Shown: piece after piece, positions 19,256 to 28,959 of the stretch
Numbering within the stretch: position 1 is the stretch's first letter
Layout of the letters: each line of letters starts with the position of its first letter
Source of the DNA: Candidatus Poribacteria bacterium
Lineage (GTDB): Bacteria > Poribacteria > WGA-4E > WGA-3G
NCBI GenBank assembly: GCA_022821965.1
Contig: JAJECN010000015.1
Coordinates: forward strand, 54,785 to 118,784
Length of the DNA stretch: 64,000 nt
Reading direction: 5' to 3'
Notes under the pieces: generated by a model
What the model was told of the DNA's origin: nothing
The model's input: the letters and a program-made list of their open reading frames with translations, nothing else
The model's database searches: none
Made by a program: the position numbers and the translations under genes

Positions 19256-19741
19256 ATGACGGCAACCTTGGAAATCGAAAAAATCTCGCCTGAAAATACA
19301 TTGGAAGCTTGTGCTCGGCAGGTGATTGTGAGTTATTTTCGAGAAATGATGTCCTACAAGGAGGGTGCCGAGGATGGAACGGATATTGAGTTTGTCCACG
19401 AAATGCGCGTTACGTCGCGTCGCCTGCGCGCTGCCATGGACAATTTCGCGGACTGTTTTCCAGAGAAACCCTTCAAAAAATACTACAAAAAGATAAAAGC
19501 GATAACTCGGACTATGGGAGCCGTGCGCGATTTAGATGTCCTTATCGCTCGTTTCCAAAGAGAATTGGTTATCCTGACTGAAGCGGAACAGGCAGACATT
19601 CGAGGATTAATCGAACATCTACAACAGGAACGGGAGGATGCGCGAAAACCGATGCTAATGCTTTTTGCCGAACTGGAAGCCACCGATTTTGAGACCAAAT
19701 TTTTGGAATTCTTTAACTCATCTCACCGAACCGCAAGGTAA
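19256..19741 (+). CDS. CHAD domain protein, N-terminal half (ends at an in-frame TAA)
   Basis: CHAD motif HEMRVTSRRLRAAMDNF. Same reading frame as the following ORF. Confidence 0.6.
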   Translation: MTATLEIEKISPENTLEACARQVIVSYFREMMSYKEGAEDGTDIEFVHEMRVTSRRLRAAMDNFADCFPEKPFKKYYKKIKAITRTMGAVRDLDVLIARFQRELVILTEAEQADIRGLIEHLQQEREDARKPMLMLFAELEATDFETKFLEFFNSSHRTAR

Positions 19742-19750
19742 ATTAAAAAA

Positions 19751-20260
19751 ATGGCGAAGGTTCACACAATCATCGGAGTTAAGCCGCTGGGCAGCTATCG
19801 TGAAAATGCTCGGATTATTCTCCCGCAAAAGGTTGAGGAGGTTTATACGTGGGAGCCGTTCATCCATGATGAAACGCGGCAGGAAGAGCTCCACAACATG
19901 CGGATTTCGATTAAACGCCTCCGGTATACGATGGAAATTTTTCGTGCTGCTTATTGGTTACCGAAGACGGGTCCTAAAGAGGTTTCATTAACTCATGACG
20001 AGCGTTTCGCTAAATTGCTCGCCGTAATTGTTGATTTGCAAGAGATACTCGGTGATATTCACGATTGTGATGTCGTTTTGGAAGTTTTAACCGATTATGC
20101 ATGCCAGTCGGAGTGTGAAACTTCGGCACAAGGTGTTGCTACGCTTATTGATCAGACGAAGGAAGCCCGTAAAGCGGATTACAAAGTATTTCTGGAAAAG
20201 TGGGAGCAACTGTCGACAACAAACTTCAAACAAAAGTTGCTATCATTCTTGGCATCATAA
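19751..20260 (+). CDS. CHAD domain protein, C-terminal half (in-frame with 19256-19741; possible pseudogene or readthrough)
   Basis: Second CHAD motif HNMRISIKRLRYTMEIF. It starts 9 nt after the TAA of the preceding ORF, in the same frame. Confidence 0.55.
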   Translation: MAKVHTIIGVKPLGSYRENARIILPQKVEEVYTWEPFIHDETRQEELHNMRISIKRLRYTMEIFRAAYWLPKTGPKEVSLTHDERFAKLLAVIVDLQEILGDIHDCDVVLEVLTDYACQSECETSAQGVATLIDQTKEARKADYKVFLEKWEQLSTTNFKQKLLSFLAS

Positions 20261-20314
20261 CGACTAACTTTCAATGTGCGCTCACGGCAACTGCACAGAG
20301 GAGAAATTACTATA

Positions 20315-21289
20315 ATGGGCACGAATGTTATCGGTGTAGATATGGGTGGCACTAAGATTCTGTCTGCTGTCATTGACGCAGAAGGTAATATCTTAGGCAC
20401 AGCCAAAGTACCAACCAAAGCAGACAAAGGTCCATCCATTGTAATTGATCGGATCGCGGACAGTATCCAAAGGGCTATTGACAAATCAGGCGTTACCGCG
20501 GCATCAATTCAAGCTGTCGGAATTGGAGCACCGGGACCGCTTGATCCCGCTACAGGGATTGTTATTTTCGCACCCAACCTCCGTTGGAAGGATGTTCGAC
20601 TGAAAGAAGAGTTGGAGGCGCGCGTGGGCTTTCCGACATTCGTCGACAATGATGTGAACGTCGGGACGCTTGGTGAACACGTGTTCGGGGCAGGGAGAGG
20701 TTTTCAGAACGTCGTTGGGATTTTTGTGGGGACTGGTATTGGTGGCGGAATTATCCTGCAGGGTGAACTTTTCCACGGCGCAAGTAAGACGGCTGGTGAA
20801 ATCGGGCATATTATTGTCAAAGCAGGGGGACCGCGGTGTGGGTGTGGAACTCGTGGCTGCTTAGAAGCCATCGCGAGCCGTACTGCAATGACAAAACAGT
20901 TTCAGAAAGCGATTGTGAAAAAAAGGAAAAAAAGCGTGCTCTCTGAACTCACTGGTGGTGACTTGCGGGCGATTCGGAGTGGCGTATTGGCGAAGGCGAT
21001 TCGCGCAAATGATAAACTAACCTTGAAAGTTATCAAGAAGACGACGAAATACCTCGGCATCGGCATCGGTTCTATTGTGAATTTCTTAAATCCAGAGCTG
21101 ATTGTGTTGGGTGGTGGTGTCGTTGAAGCATTGGACAATACATTTTTGGACAGCATCCGAGCCGCTGCGAAAAAATACGCACTGCCCAACACATTGGACG
21201 GGGTCCAGATTGTACAGGCAGAACTGGGAGACAATGCTGGTATTCTTGGCGCAGCAGCACTTGCGCGACAGCGGTCGGGTGCAACGTAA
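20315..21289 (+). CDS. ROK-family glucokinase
   Basis: SD GAGGAGA precedes MGTNVIGVDMGGTKI. ROK signature GHIIV..GG..CGCGTRGCLE. Confidence 0.85.
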   Translation: MGTNVIGVDMGGTKILSAVIDAEGNILGTAKVPTKADKGPSIVIDRIADSIQRAIDKSGVTAASIQAVGIGAPGPLDPATGIVIFAPNLRWKDVRLKEELEARVGFPTFVDNDVNVGTLGEHVFGAGRGFQNVVGIFVGTGIGGGIILQGELFHGASKTAGEIGHIIVKAGGPRCGCGTRGCLEAIASRTAMTKQFQKAIVKKRKKSVLSELTGGDLRAIRSGVLAKAIRANDKLTLKVIKKTTKYLGIGIGSIVNFLNPELIVLGGGVVEALDNTFLDSIRAAAKKYALPNTLDGVQIVQAELGDNAGILGAAALARQRSGAT

Positions 21290-21339
21290 AGTAACCCAGA
21301 CACGGAGGTATCGTTACACAAGTCAAGGGGGATACATCC

Positions 21340-23019
21340 ATGTTAGTAGATGATAACAGAGAAGAACATCGGATGATGATTTTCGGCAACGATAGTCGTC
21401 TCGTCCAAGATCAGTTAATCGTGGAAAGCAACGCAAAGCGGGAGGGGATCCTTGCGCAGAAGGTTCACGCGGATTCCTATACTGTTACACTGTATGTGTT
21501 GCTAAAAGATTACGGCCTCACACCGGTCTTTCGCATCAAGCCGCGCATCCGTTTCCACCGCTCTAACTACGATAATCTCTCTTCAAGCGCACCCATCCGG
21601 TACAACCTTGATGACATCATCCACTTCGCTGAGTTGAAACGTGGTGTTGACTTGACGGAAAAGATTGACGATGTCAAACTCGCGGAGATCCTTGGGGACG
21701 CGCCTGCACTCAAGGATGTAACAGATGATCCAGCACTGCACCTTGTCTCACAGCGCGACGTATCACTCCGAAACCCACCTTTCAAAACCAAGACTAAGGT
21801 TTTTGGACAAAGCGAAGATGAAGGTGTAGAAGAGGGCGGCATTCGTATTGGAACGTTCCTTGATGCACTTAATCAGCCACAAAACACCGAGCAAATTTTC
21901 AAACGGTTTGCAAAAGGAAGTGAATTCGCACGCGATTTGCGGGAGACTTTGGCACCCTACGAAGACTTTGAGTTTCAATTCGGTCTTTATTCTCGATATG
22001 AACGGCGGGATTGCGTGTTGGCAAATGAGGATACTGAAGTCAGCGGAAATTACCGGGCAACGTTTGATCCGTGGACGGCACTCGGGTATATCCGAACCGC
22101 TGGCGATATGCAGCAGTTCCAGATTTTAATGCATGAGCGTGGAACACGATGGGAACATAAAATTATGTTGGAGCAGCTGGATGCTCCGACGCTTGATCGC
22201 CTCGCAACGGAGATTCCGAGACTCCGCCGCGAGTATCTAATTGGGCGCGTCTTATCCAAAAGCCAGACTGCCTTGACACGCTTGGCTGAACTTCGTCAAT
22301 CCCAGCTAAATCTGACAACCGATTTACACACTGGATATACACTCCGACTTGAAATACCTGTTTCTCAAAAACGGTTTTCTGTCATAGAACACCGCCGGAA
22401 ATTGCGCCAGACATTTAACGGCGGCGGTGCTTATCGCCTCCATCCACTGAATGGTGAATTTGTCGAGAAACATCATAACATGGCGAAGGGCATCCGAGAT
22501 GGGATCGTCTGGACCTTGGATTCCGTGGATCTATTTACAGGACAACCCGCTTTAGAGAAGAACGATGACGGGTTTCTTATCATCAAAACGCCATATCAAA
22601 ACAAGTTTGTCGTCCGTTCTGCCGAAGAGCTTCGCGAACGTCTCCCAAAAAATGGATTTGAGAAGTGTTGGAATGAAGCAATTGATATGGGTGGCTATAC
22701 TGTGCTCAACCAAATGAGTGGTAGAGTCTATATGGTGAGTTACGGACGGAGAAATACTGGCAGCATCCATGAGGGCAATATTACGAAAGCGGATGTCGCG
22801 CACTATCTCTCAATTGACTACCTCGGTGTAGATCCTACACGTGTTGGCGTTTCACGCTTTGGGGTCCCGGCTTATGTCCAGCAGGGTTTCTTTGACAGAC
22901 TTTTCAGTAGACAACCTGTATCACCGCTCTTTAGCCAGTTGATGCAGACTGAGGCACAGGTTCTCGCAGAAATAAAAACGCTTGCGCGGTACTGTAGGGA
23001 AAAGCTGGAGATTCCATAA
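21340..23019 (+). CDS. hypothetical protein (559 aa), no recognisable domain
   Basis: Long ORF with SD AAGGGGGA. It lies directly upstream of the ATPase remnant. Confidence 0.6.
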   Translation: MLVDDNREEHRMMIFGNDSRLVQDQLIVESNAKREGILAQKVHADSYTVTLYVLLKDYGLTPVFRIKPRIRFHRSNYDNLSSSAPIRYNLDDIIHFAELKRGVDLTEKIDDVKLAEILGDAPALKDVTDDPALHLVSQRDVSLRNPPFKTKTKVFGQSEDEGVEEGGIRIGTFLDALNQPQNTEQIFKRFAKGSEFARDLRETLAPYEDFEFQFGLYSRYERRDCVLANEDTEVSGNYRATFDPWTALGYIRTAGDMQQFQILMHERGTRWEHKIMLEQLDAPTLDRLATEIPRLRREYLIGRVLSKSQTALTRLAELRQSQLNLTTDLHTGYTLRLEIPVSQKRFSVIEHRRKLRQTFNGGGAYRLHPLNGEFVEKHHNMAKGIRDGIVWTLDSVDLFTGQPALEKNDDGFLIIKTPYQNKFVVRSAEELRERLPKNGFEKCWNEAIDMGGYTVLNQMSGRVYMVSYGRRNTGSIHEGNITKADVAHYLSIDYLGVDPTRVGVSRFGVPAYVQQGFFDRLFSRQPVSPLFSQLMQTEAQVLAEIKTLARYCREKLEIP

Positions 23020-23064
23020 GCATTCAGAATTTACGTAGGGAATTATCTCTGTGAGGTAAAACAG

Positions 23065-23371
23065 ATGATACGATATCTTAAAGTTAAGGGACTCAGTAAG
23101 CGGCTTGACGGTGAATTTGAGTTCAATGAAGACTTGAACATTTTTACCGGTCCAAACGGCTCAGGCAAGACGACGATCCTTAAACTGCTATGGTATTTCA
23201 TCAGTGGACACCTTGCGCAAATCCTTGCTGAAATTCCGTTTCATTCCATTACAATTCAAAGATCAAAGCACTGAAAACCAGTTTTTCATAGCAACGCATT
23301 CACCTTTTATTTTTACTGGGTATCCTGACAAAGAATTTATGTTAGATGGTACGCACGCGTATCAAGGGTAA
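23065..23371 (+). pseudogene. remnant of an AAA_21/OLD-like ABC-type ATPase with internal deletion and frameshift
   Basis: The 69-aa ORF carries Walker A (GPNGSGKTT). A +1-frame continuation encodes the C-terminal signature IATHSPFIF, and the usual ~300 intervening residues are missing. Confidence 0.6.
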
Positions 23372-23420
23372 ACCTGAATGCCAACATCTAATCCAATTTA
23401 CTCAAAGGAGACACCCCAAC

Positions 23421-24248
23421 ATGCCAAACCGCAGAAAAGTCCTTATCACCGGCGCATCAGGCTATGTCGCTGGACGGATGCTCCCGGAATTTCGCCAACG
23501 TTACGAACTCGTACTGCTGGACGTGAAGACCACAAATCGGCAGGGAGAGGAAGTTGAAGGGATTCAAATCGCTGAACTCACCGACCCTGACCGAAACGCA
23601 TATCGACACTTTTTCGAGGGTGTTGATGCCGTCGTTCACTGTGCTTTTAAGGGTGGCAGTTTTGAGAACGAGCTTGCCAACGTTCAGATGGCATACAACC
23701 TCTACCAAACCTGTGTTGAAACCGATGTCCGGCGTGTCGTCGTCTGTAGTTCCAACCACGCCGCCGACTATTATGAGCGTCTCATCTGGGCAGATAAGTG
23801 GGATGTGGTGACCCCAGAGATGCGTCCGCTCTCCGATAACTTCTATGGATGGGCAAAGGAAGCGTATGAACACCTCGGATTTGTCTTTGCAACGGGGCAC
23901 GTTGACGGTAAGAAGCTGCAGAACGTTCAGTTGCGTATTGGTGGACCGCGCGAGACGGATATGGCGAATTCTTCAGCGGACGATTTGAAAGCGATGCACC
24001 GTGGACTCGGCGCGTATTTGAGTGTCCGGGACCAGGTTCAACTCTTCGTTAAGAGTATTGAGACAGAGAATATAGAGGACGAGAACGGTATCCCGTTCCA
24101 GATTTTCTACGGCATCAGCGACAATACGCACAAGTTCTGGAGCATCGCCAACGCCCGAAAAGTGATAGGCTATGCCCCGGAAGATGACAGCCAACGCCGT
24201 TTTGCCGATCGGTTAGCAGAATTGTTAGAGCAGGCGAAAGACAAGTAG
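23421..24248 (+). CDS. NAD(P)-dependent epimerase/dehydratase family (SDR) protein
   Basis: SD AAAGGAG precedes the ATG. Rossmann motif LITGASGYVAG. Confidence 0.75.
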   Translation: MPNRRKVLITGASGYVAGRMLPEFRQRYELVLLDVKTTNRQGEEVEGIQIAELTDPDRNAYRHFFEGVDAVVHCAFKGGSFENELANVQMAYNLYQTCVETDVRRVVVCSSNHAADYYERLIWADKWDVVTPEMRPLSDNFYGWAKEAYEHLGFVFATGHVDGKKLQNVQLRIGGPRETDMANSSADDLKAMHRGLGAYLSVRDQVQLFVKSIETENIEDENGIPFQIFYGISDNTHKFWSIANARKVIGYAPEDDSQRRFADRLAELLEQAKDK

Positions 24249-24272
24249 TTCCCTCCTTTAAGGATTCCCACA

Positions 24273-25295
24273 ATGCCGCACTTTACAGCAGAAGAACTCA
24301 CCGAGATTTGCCGCAACGTCTTCCAAAAATTAAATATCCCAGCAGCCGAGGCAGAAATCGTAACCCGCTCCATGGTGGATGCCAATCGCGTCGGACACGA
24401 CTCACACGGTGTTATCCACCTCCCAAAATATGTCCGTGAATTGGAGGAAGGATTAATCCAACCCGGTGCGCCAACAGAGACGCTACACGAATCTGCATCC
24501 ATCGCGGTGTTAGATGGGAATTGGGGATTCGGTCCCGTAATCGCGACGCGTGCTGTTGAATTGGCAATTCAAAAAGCGAAACAGACGGATCTAAGTTCTG
24601 TCGCTGTGTCGCGGTGTAACGAGACAGGTAGGTTAGGAGGATACGCGTGCCTCGCTGCGGAGGCAGAGATGATCGCACTGCTCATGGCAAATGACCATGG
24701 AGGGGGCACGTGTGTCGCACCGCACGGCGGCGTTGAAGGTAGACTCTCTACAAATCCGATCGCGTGTGCAGTCCCAATTGAAGGGCAAGATCCGATTATA
24801 CTGGATATGTCGACAAGTGTTGTCGCATCAGGGAAAATTCGGGTTAAACAGCATCGGGACGAAGCGGTGCCGCACGGGTGGTTGATTGGCGCAGATAGTG
24901 AGTCAACCACTGATGCAGACGATTTCTATGGAGTGCCACCCGCCGCCTTATTGCCGTTCGGTGGGATTGCTGCGCATAAAGGGTTCGGGTTGAGTGTCAT
25001 TGTTGACATCTTGTCGGGCGCGCTTACGGGAGCAGGGTGTAGCCAGAGTGAAGATGCCCGTGTCGGCAATGGGTTGTTTGTGCTGGTGATTAACGTTGCG
25101 AGTTTTAGAGGATTTCCGGGGTTCAGCGCGGAGATAGAACGTTTTATCGAGTATCTCAAATCGGCAAAGCGTGCTGCTGGCGTTGACGCGATTCGGATGC
25201 CGGGTGAACGCGGTTGGAAGGAACAACGCAGACGAGAACGGGAAGGTATTCCGATAGACGCGGAAACATGGGCGCAAATTCAAATTCTTTTCTAA
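24273..25295 (+). CDS. Ldh_2 family (malate/L-lactate/ureidoglycolate/sulfolactate dehydrogenase-type) oxidoreductase
   Basis: Motif HDSHGVIHLPKY and a 340-aa length typical of Ldh_2. Confidence 0.7.
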   Translation: MPHFTAEELTEICRNVFQKLNIPAAEAEIVTRSMVDANRVGHDSHGVIHLPKYVRELEEGLIQPGAPTETLHESASIAVLDGNWGFGPVIATRAVELAIQKAKQTDLSSVAVSRCNETGRLGGYACLAAEAEMIALLMANDHGGGTCVAPHGGVEGRLSTNPIACAVPIEGQDPIILDMSTSVVASGKIRVKQHRDEAVPHGWLIGADSESTTDADDFYGVPPAALLPFGGIAAHKGFGLSVIVDILSGALTGAGCSQSEDARVGNGLFVLVINVASFRGFPGFSAEIERFIEYLKSAKRAAGVDAIRMPGERGWKEQRRREREGIPIDAETWAQIQILF

Positions 25296-25350
25296 TTTTC
25301 CTTGCGGTTCGTTGAGGCTGGTTTTAGGAAGGATGTCCCTCTCTGTATAT

Positions 25351-25395
25351 CCAGCCCAGTCCATTGGCTGGGCTTACACTCTTTTCACTCTTTTC
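25351..25395. terminator. putative bidirectional terminator between convergent genes
   Basis: GC-rich hairpin CCAGCC-N9-GGCTGG followed by a CTCTTTTCACTCTTTT tract. Confidence 0.35.
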
Positions 25396-26497
25396 AATGG
25401 CGTGCGGAAGCTGTTAACGATTTGCCTGTTTCTGGGTGAAACAGGTGCGCTTTATCCATGTTGAAGTTGACCGTGACTTGAGCGTTGTGTTGCGGCACAT
25501 TGATGAGATCCGATTGTGCGACGAAGTTGTTTTTTTCTGTCCGAAGGTATAAGAGCGCGTGATTTCCGAGGGGCTCAACCAGTTCCACCTGTGTTCCAAC
25601 TTGATTGTTCCCGTTTTCACCGACATGAATATCCTCTGGACGGATACCGAGTGTCACCGAATCCCCTGGAAGTTCGTTCAGAACTGATTGGAGTTGCGCA
25701 TTCAATTCCACTTTGAAATTTTCAAATTGGAGGGTTGGGGTACCACCGTTGTTCATAATCTCTGTCTCTATAAAGTTCATCGGCGGCGTGCCGATGAAGC
25801 CTCCGACGAATTGATTCGCAGGTTTGTGATAGAGCGTTCCGGGATCGGCAATCTGTTGGATTTTCCCTTCATTGAGCACCACGATCTGATCGCCCATCGT
25901 CATCGCTTCGACTTGGTCGTGCGTGACGTAGACGATGGTAGCATTGAGCCGATCGTGCAGCCGACTGATTTCCATCCGCATCTGCACACGTAGTTTCGCG
26001 TCGAGGTTACTCAAGGGTTCGTCGAATAGGAAAACCTTCGGGTGTCGAACGATTGCTCTGCCGACAGCGACGCGTTGACGTTCTCCACCAGAGAGATGCT
26101 TCGGTTTGCGGTTCAATAGATGTGAGATGCTCAGAATCTCCGCCGCCTCTTTAACACGTTCTTCAATCTCCGCTTTTGAATATTTGCGGAGTTTCAACCC
26201 AAACGCCATGTTCTTATACACCGTCATGTGTGGATAGAGGGCATAATTTTGGAAGACCATGGCGATATCCCTATCTTTAGGCGGGATGTCGTTAATGCGT
26301 TCCTCATCAATATAGATGTCCCCTTCCGTTATCTCTTCCAACCCGGCAATCATCCGCAAAATTGTCGATTTGCCGCAACCCGACGGACCGACGAGCACCG
26401 TAAACGACTCATCTGGAATCTGAAAATCCGCTTGTTCAACTGCGAGAACGTCACCGTCGTAAATTTTGGTGACATCTTTCAAGATAAGGTGTGCCAT
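25394..26497 (-). CDS. ABC transporter ATP-binding protein (MalK/UgpC-type sugar importer ATPase)
   Basis: Walker A GPSGCGKST, ABC signature LSGGERQRV, Walker B FLFDEP, and a C-terminal transport-associated domain. Start chosen at MAHLILKD. Confidence 0.85.
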   Translation of the reverse strand: MAHLILKDVTKIYDGDVLAVEQADFQIPDESFTVLVGPSGCGKSTILRMIAGLEEITEGDIYIDEERINDIPPKDRDIAMVFQNYALYPHMTVYKNMAFGLKLRKYSKAEIEERVKEAAEILSISHLLNRKPKHLSGGERQRVAVGRAIVRHPKVFLFDEPLSNLDAKLRVQMRMEISRLHDRLNATIVYVTHDQVEAMTMGDQIVVLNEGKIQQIADPGTLYHKPANQFVGGFIGTPPMNFIETEIMNNGGTPTLQFENFKVELNAQLQSVLNELPGDSVTLGIRPEDIHVGENGNNQVGTQVELVEPLGNHALLYLRTEKNNFVAQSDLINVPQHNAQVTVNFNMDKAHLFHPETGKSLTASARH

Positions 26498-26523
26498 AAT
26501 TTCTGCGTCAACGAGACGCTGCA

Positions 26524-26544
26524 AATAGGCGGGATTTCAAATCC
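26524..26544 (-). terminator. hairpin GGCGGGA-TTTCAAA-TCCCGCC between the TPR-thioredoxin gene and the ABC ATPase gene
   Basis: Perfect 7-bp GC stem. It sits downstream of the stop of the 26587-28860 gene on the minus strand. The following U-tract is weak. Confidence 0.3.
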
Positions 26545-26586
26545 CGCCAGCAAGGTATGAGGGAAGCGTTACGCCCGCGTTTATTC

Positions 26587-28860
26587 TCACGGACGAAACA
26601 GGGCTTCGTCAATTTCAGTGTTCAGCGTAATGTCGGTGATAAAGACTCGTCGAAATTCCCCGTTCTTTGTCGTACGATAATGTGGGATTTTAATGCCATC
26701 TACGTCCCGATAATCGTCGAGGAATGCTACCACGTTTCCCACTTCTCCGCCTATCTCAACGTCATAACTAAACTGGATTACGTAGTGGGTTTCTTTACTA
26801 ATGAAGATTTTTAACTTTTTCCCGGAAGGCTGCGTAACGAGGAGAACGGATGTAGGTTCACCCTTTACATTTTCTGTTCCTATGTATTGAACCGGAACAT
26901 CGTTTTTCGAGAGGGTTGCCAAAAGCCACATAGGCTCTCGAAAAAGGCTATCCTTAAAGAAGTTAATATAAGACTCGGTCTCCTCGAGTGGAACAGGTTT
27001 GACCTCTCCGGCTGCTATCATAAACACCGATTCTCCATCAAAGATTAGATGGTTATCCTTCTGGGCGTGAATACCCCAATCGCTGCGAACCCTGTTGGCA
27101 TCAAAATATGTTTTTGCCGGTCCCTCATCCTGCATGGTTCCATCCGGAAGGTGTTCAAAACTCTCAGATTCCATCACAATACTTTTCACTGTTTCGAGGT
27201 TCTCAAGTCCACCGTGCGCAGCGATAGCCGCATTGATAATTTCTTTGGCATCGGGTTCTACATTTTGCGCACCATCAGGCGAATCGGAGGGTGTCCTTAT
27301 AGGAGCATCGACGGGTTTCGCGAGGTTTTCCTTCATCAATTCAGCAACGGCAGATTCAACATCAAAACCGCCGAGGCTCGCCTTTCGGATAATCCCTTCA
27401 CTGTCAATTAAAAAAGCTGATGGAATTCCCCAAACCCCGTATAGCGTCCTTAACTTCCGACTTTCGTCCCAGTAGTGAATCCACCCAAGTCCTTCTTTTT
27501 CAACATAAGCCTCAAGTGGTTGCTTTGACCTATCCAAGCTGATGCCGATGATTTGGAAATTCTGATCCTTGTATGCTTCATAAGTCCGCTTCAGTTTCGG
27601 CATCTCTGCTATGCAGGGTCCACACCATGTTGCCCAGAAGTCAAGCAGCACAACCTGCCCACGATAGTCTTTCAAAGAAAGTTCTTCCCCTTTCAAATTC
27701 GTTACCTGAAAATCTGGGGCAGGTTTACCGACCCACTCACTCGGATTTGTTCTGGAAGACTTAATTGATTCATCTTTTTGAGAAGTTGTTTCCTGTTTCA
27801 GGATCTTTGTCGCGGGTATTGACTCTTTCTCAGATGTTTTGGCAGGCTTCGCGAGATTTTCCGTCACCAATTCCTCGACGGCATGTTCAAGCGCGTGTCC
27901 ACGGAGGTTCGTCTTGCGGATGGTCCCTTCACCGTCAATCAGGAAGGTAGATGGAATCGCCCGCACCTTATACATATTACTAACCTTGCCACTGTTATCC
28001 CAATAGTGCACCCATCCGAGTTCCTTTTTTTCTATATATTCCTCAAGGGGCGTTATGGATCTGTCGAGGCTAATCCCAATAATCTGAAACTTTTGATCTT
28101 TATACTTTTTATAAGTCCGCTTAACGTTCGGCATCTCTGCTATGCAGGGTCCGCACCACGTTGCCCAGAAGTCCAGCAGCACAACCTGCCCGCGGTATTT
28201 TTCCAACGAAAGTTCTTCGCCGTTCAGATCCGTCACCTGAAAGTCAAGTGCAGGTTTACCGGTCCACTCACTGGAGGTCATTCCCGGTCCTTGGCTTGTC
28301 CCAGGCGGTTTCGATAATTCACCCTTTCGGTCGGTTCTATCCTGTTCAAGGAGCTGCTTCGCAAGTTTTGCTTGCGATCGTTTACCATACTTCGGGTGAT
28401 CTATCAATTTCTGGTAAGCACCGTCTGCTGCATCGTGATTGCCAAGTTTATCATACGCCAATCCTAAGTCTAACAGGCAGCGTTCAACGTAGCGAGCCTC
28501 TGGATAGTCTGCAACGACTTTTTCAAAGATGTGGATACCTTCTTCAACATGCTCCAACTGAACTAATGCGTTGCCGAGCAGGTAATAGACCTCATCTACC
28601 CGTTTGTATCCTGGATGCGCTGCAACAAATTCTTCGGATTTCTCAACCAACCTCTCTAAATCTTCCTGTGTCTTCTGCTTTTTGAGACTTTTGGAAATTG
28701 CCTTAATTTCCTGATACTTGTAAGCTGCTTTCATCGAAGCCTCACCAGAGAAGTTCACACAAAAACCTATTAGGACAAGACTTGTGAGCACGTAAATGAG
28801 ATGAGCACAAAAACCTCTATTTCTGCTTTGCTGTGAATTTATTTCATTTTGGAAGAACAT
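26587..28860 (-). CDS. secreted TPR-repeat protein with two tandem TlpA/ResA-like thioredoxin domains and a C-terminal beta-rich domain
   Basis: SD GAGGAG then MFFQNE and a signal peptide. WATWCGPCIAEMP occurs twice. Confidence 0.8.
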   Translation of the reverse strand: MFFQNEINSQQSRNRGFCAHLIYVLTSLVLIGFCVNFSGEASMKAAYKYQEIKAISKSLKKQKTQEDLERLVEKSEEFVAAHPGYKRVDEVYYLLGNALVQLEHVEEGIHIFEKVVADYPEARYVERCLLDLGLAYDKLGNHDAADGAYQKLIDHPKYGKRSQAKLAKQLLEQDRTDRKGELSKPPGTSQGPGMTSSEWTGKPALDFQVTDLNGEELSLEKYRGQVVLLDFWATWCGPCIAEMPNVKRTYKKYKDQKFQIIGISLDRSITPLEEYIEKKELGWVHYWDNSGKVSNMYKVRAIPSTFLIDGEGTIRKTNLRGHALEHAVEELVTENLAKPAKTSEKESIPATKILKQETTSQKDESIKSSRTNPSEWVGKPAPDFQVTNLKGEELSLKDYRGQVVLLDFWATWCGPCIAEMPKLKRTYEAYKDQNFQIIGISLDRSKQPLEAYVEKEGLGWIHYWDESRKLRTLYGVWGIPSAFLIDSEGIIRKASLGGFDVESAVAELMKENLAKPVDAPIRTPSDSPDGAQNVEPDAKEIINAAIAAHGGLENLETVKSIVMESESFEHLPDGTMQDEGPAKTYFDANRVRSDWGIHAQKDNHLIFDGESVFMIAAGEVKPVPLEETESYINFFKDSLFREPMWLLATLSKNDVPVQYIGTENVKGEPTSVLLVTQPSGKKLKIFISKETHYVIQFSYDVEIGGEVGNVVAFLDDYRDVDGIKIPHYRTTKNGEFRRVFITDITLNTEIDEALFRP

Positions 28861-28959
28861 CGTTAGTCTCCTCAAGATTTATTGGATTTGTGTGCAACGT
28901 TTTATAGTAAAGTTCCGTGAAACAGGCGAAGTTTCCAACCTCGTTAGCGAAATCGGGGC

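Noticed and set aside
20276-20314. N-terminal extension of the ROK glucokinase and other track ORF extensions (4032, 9901, 10749, 23346, 25394 end, 28875, 36459, 37668, 48517, 51284)
   Set aside because: Internal ATG or GTG starts with good SD spacing and homology-consistent N-termini are preferred. The extensions start at TTG or GTG without SD support, or run through upstream stop-free sequence.
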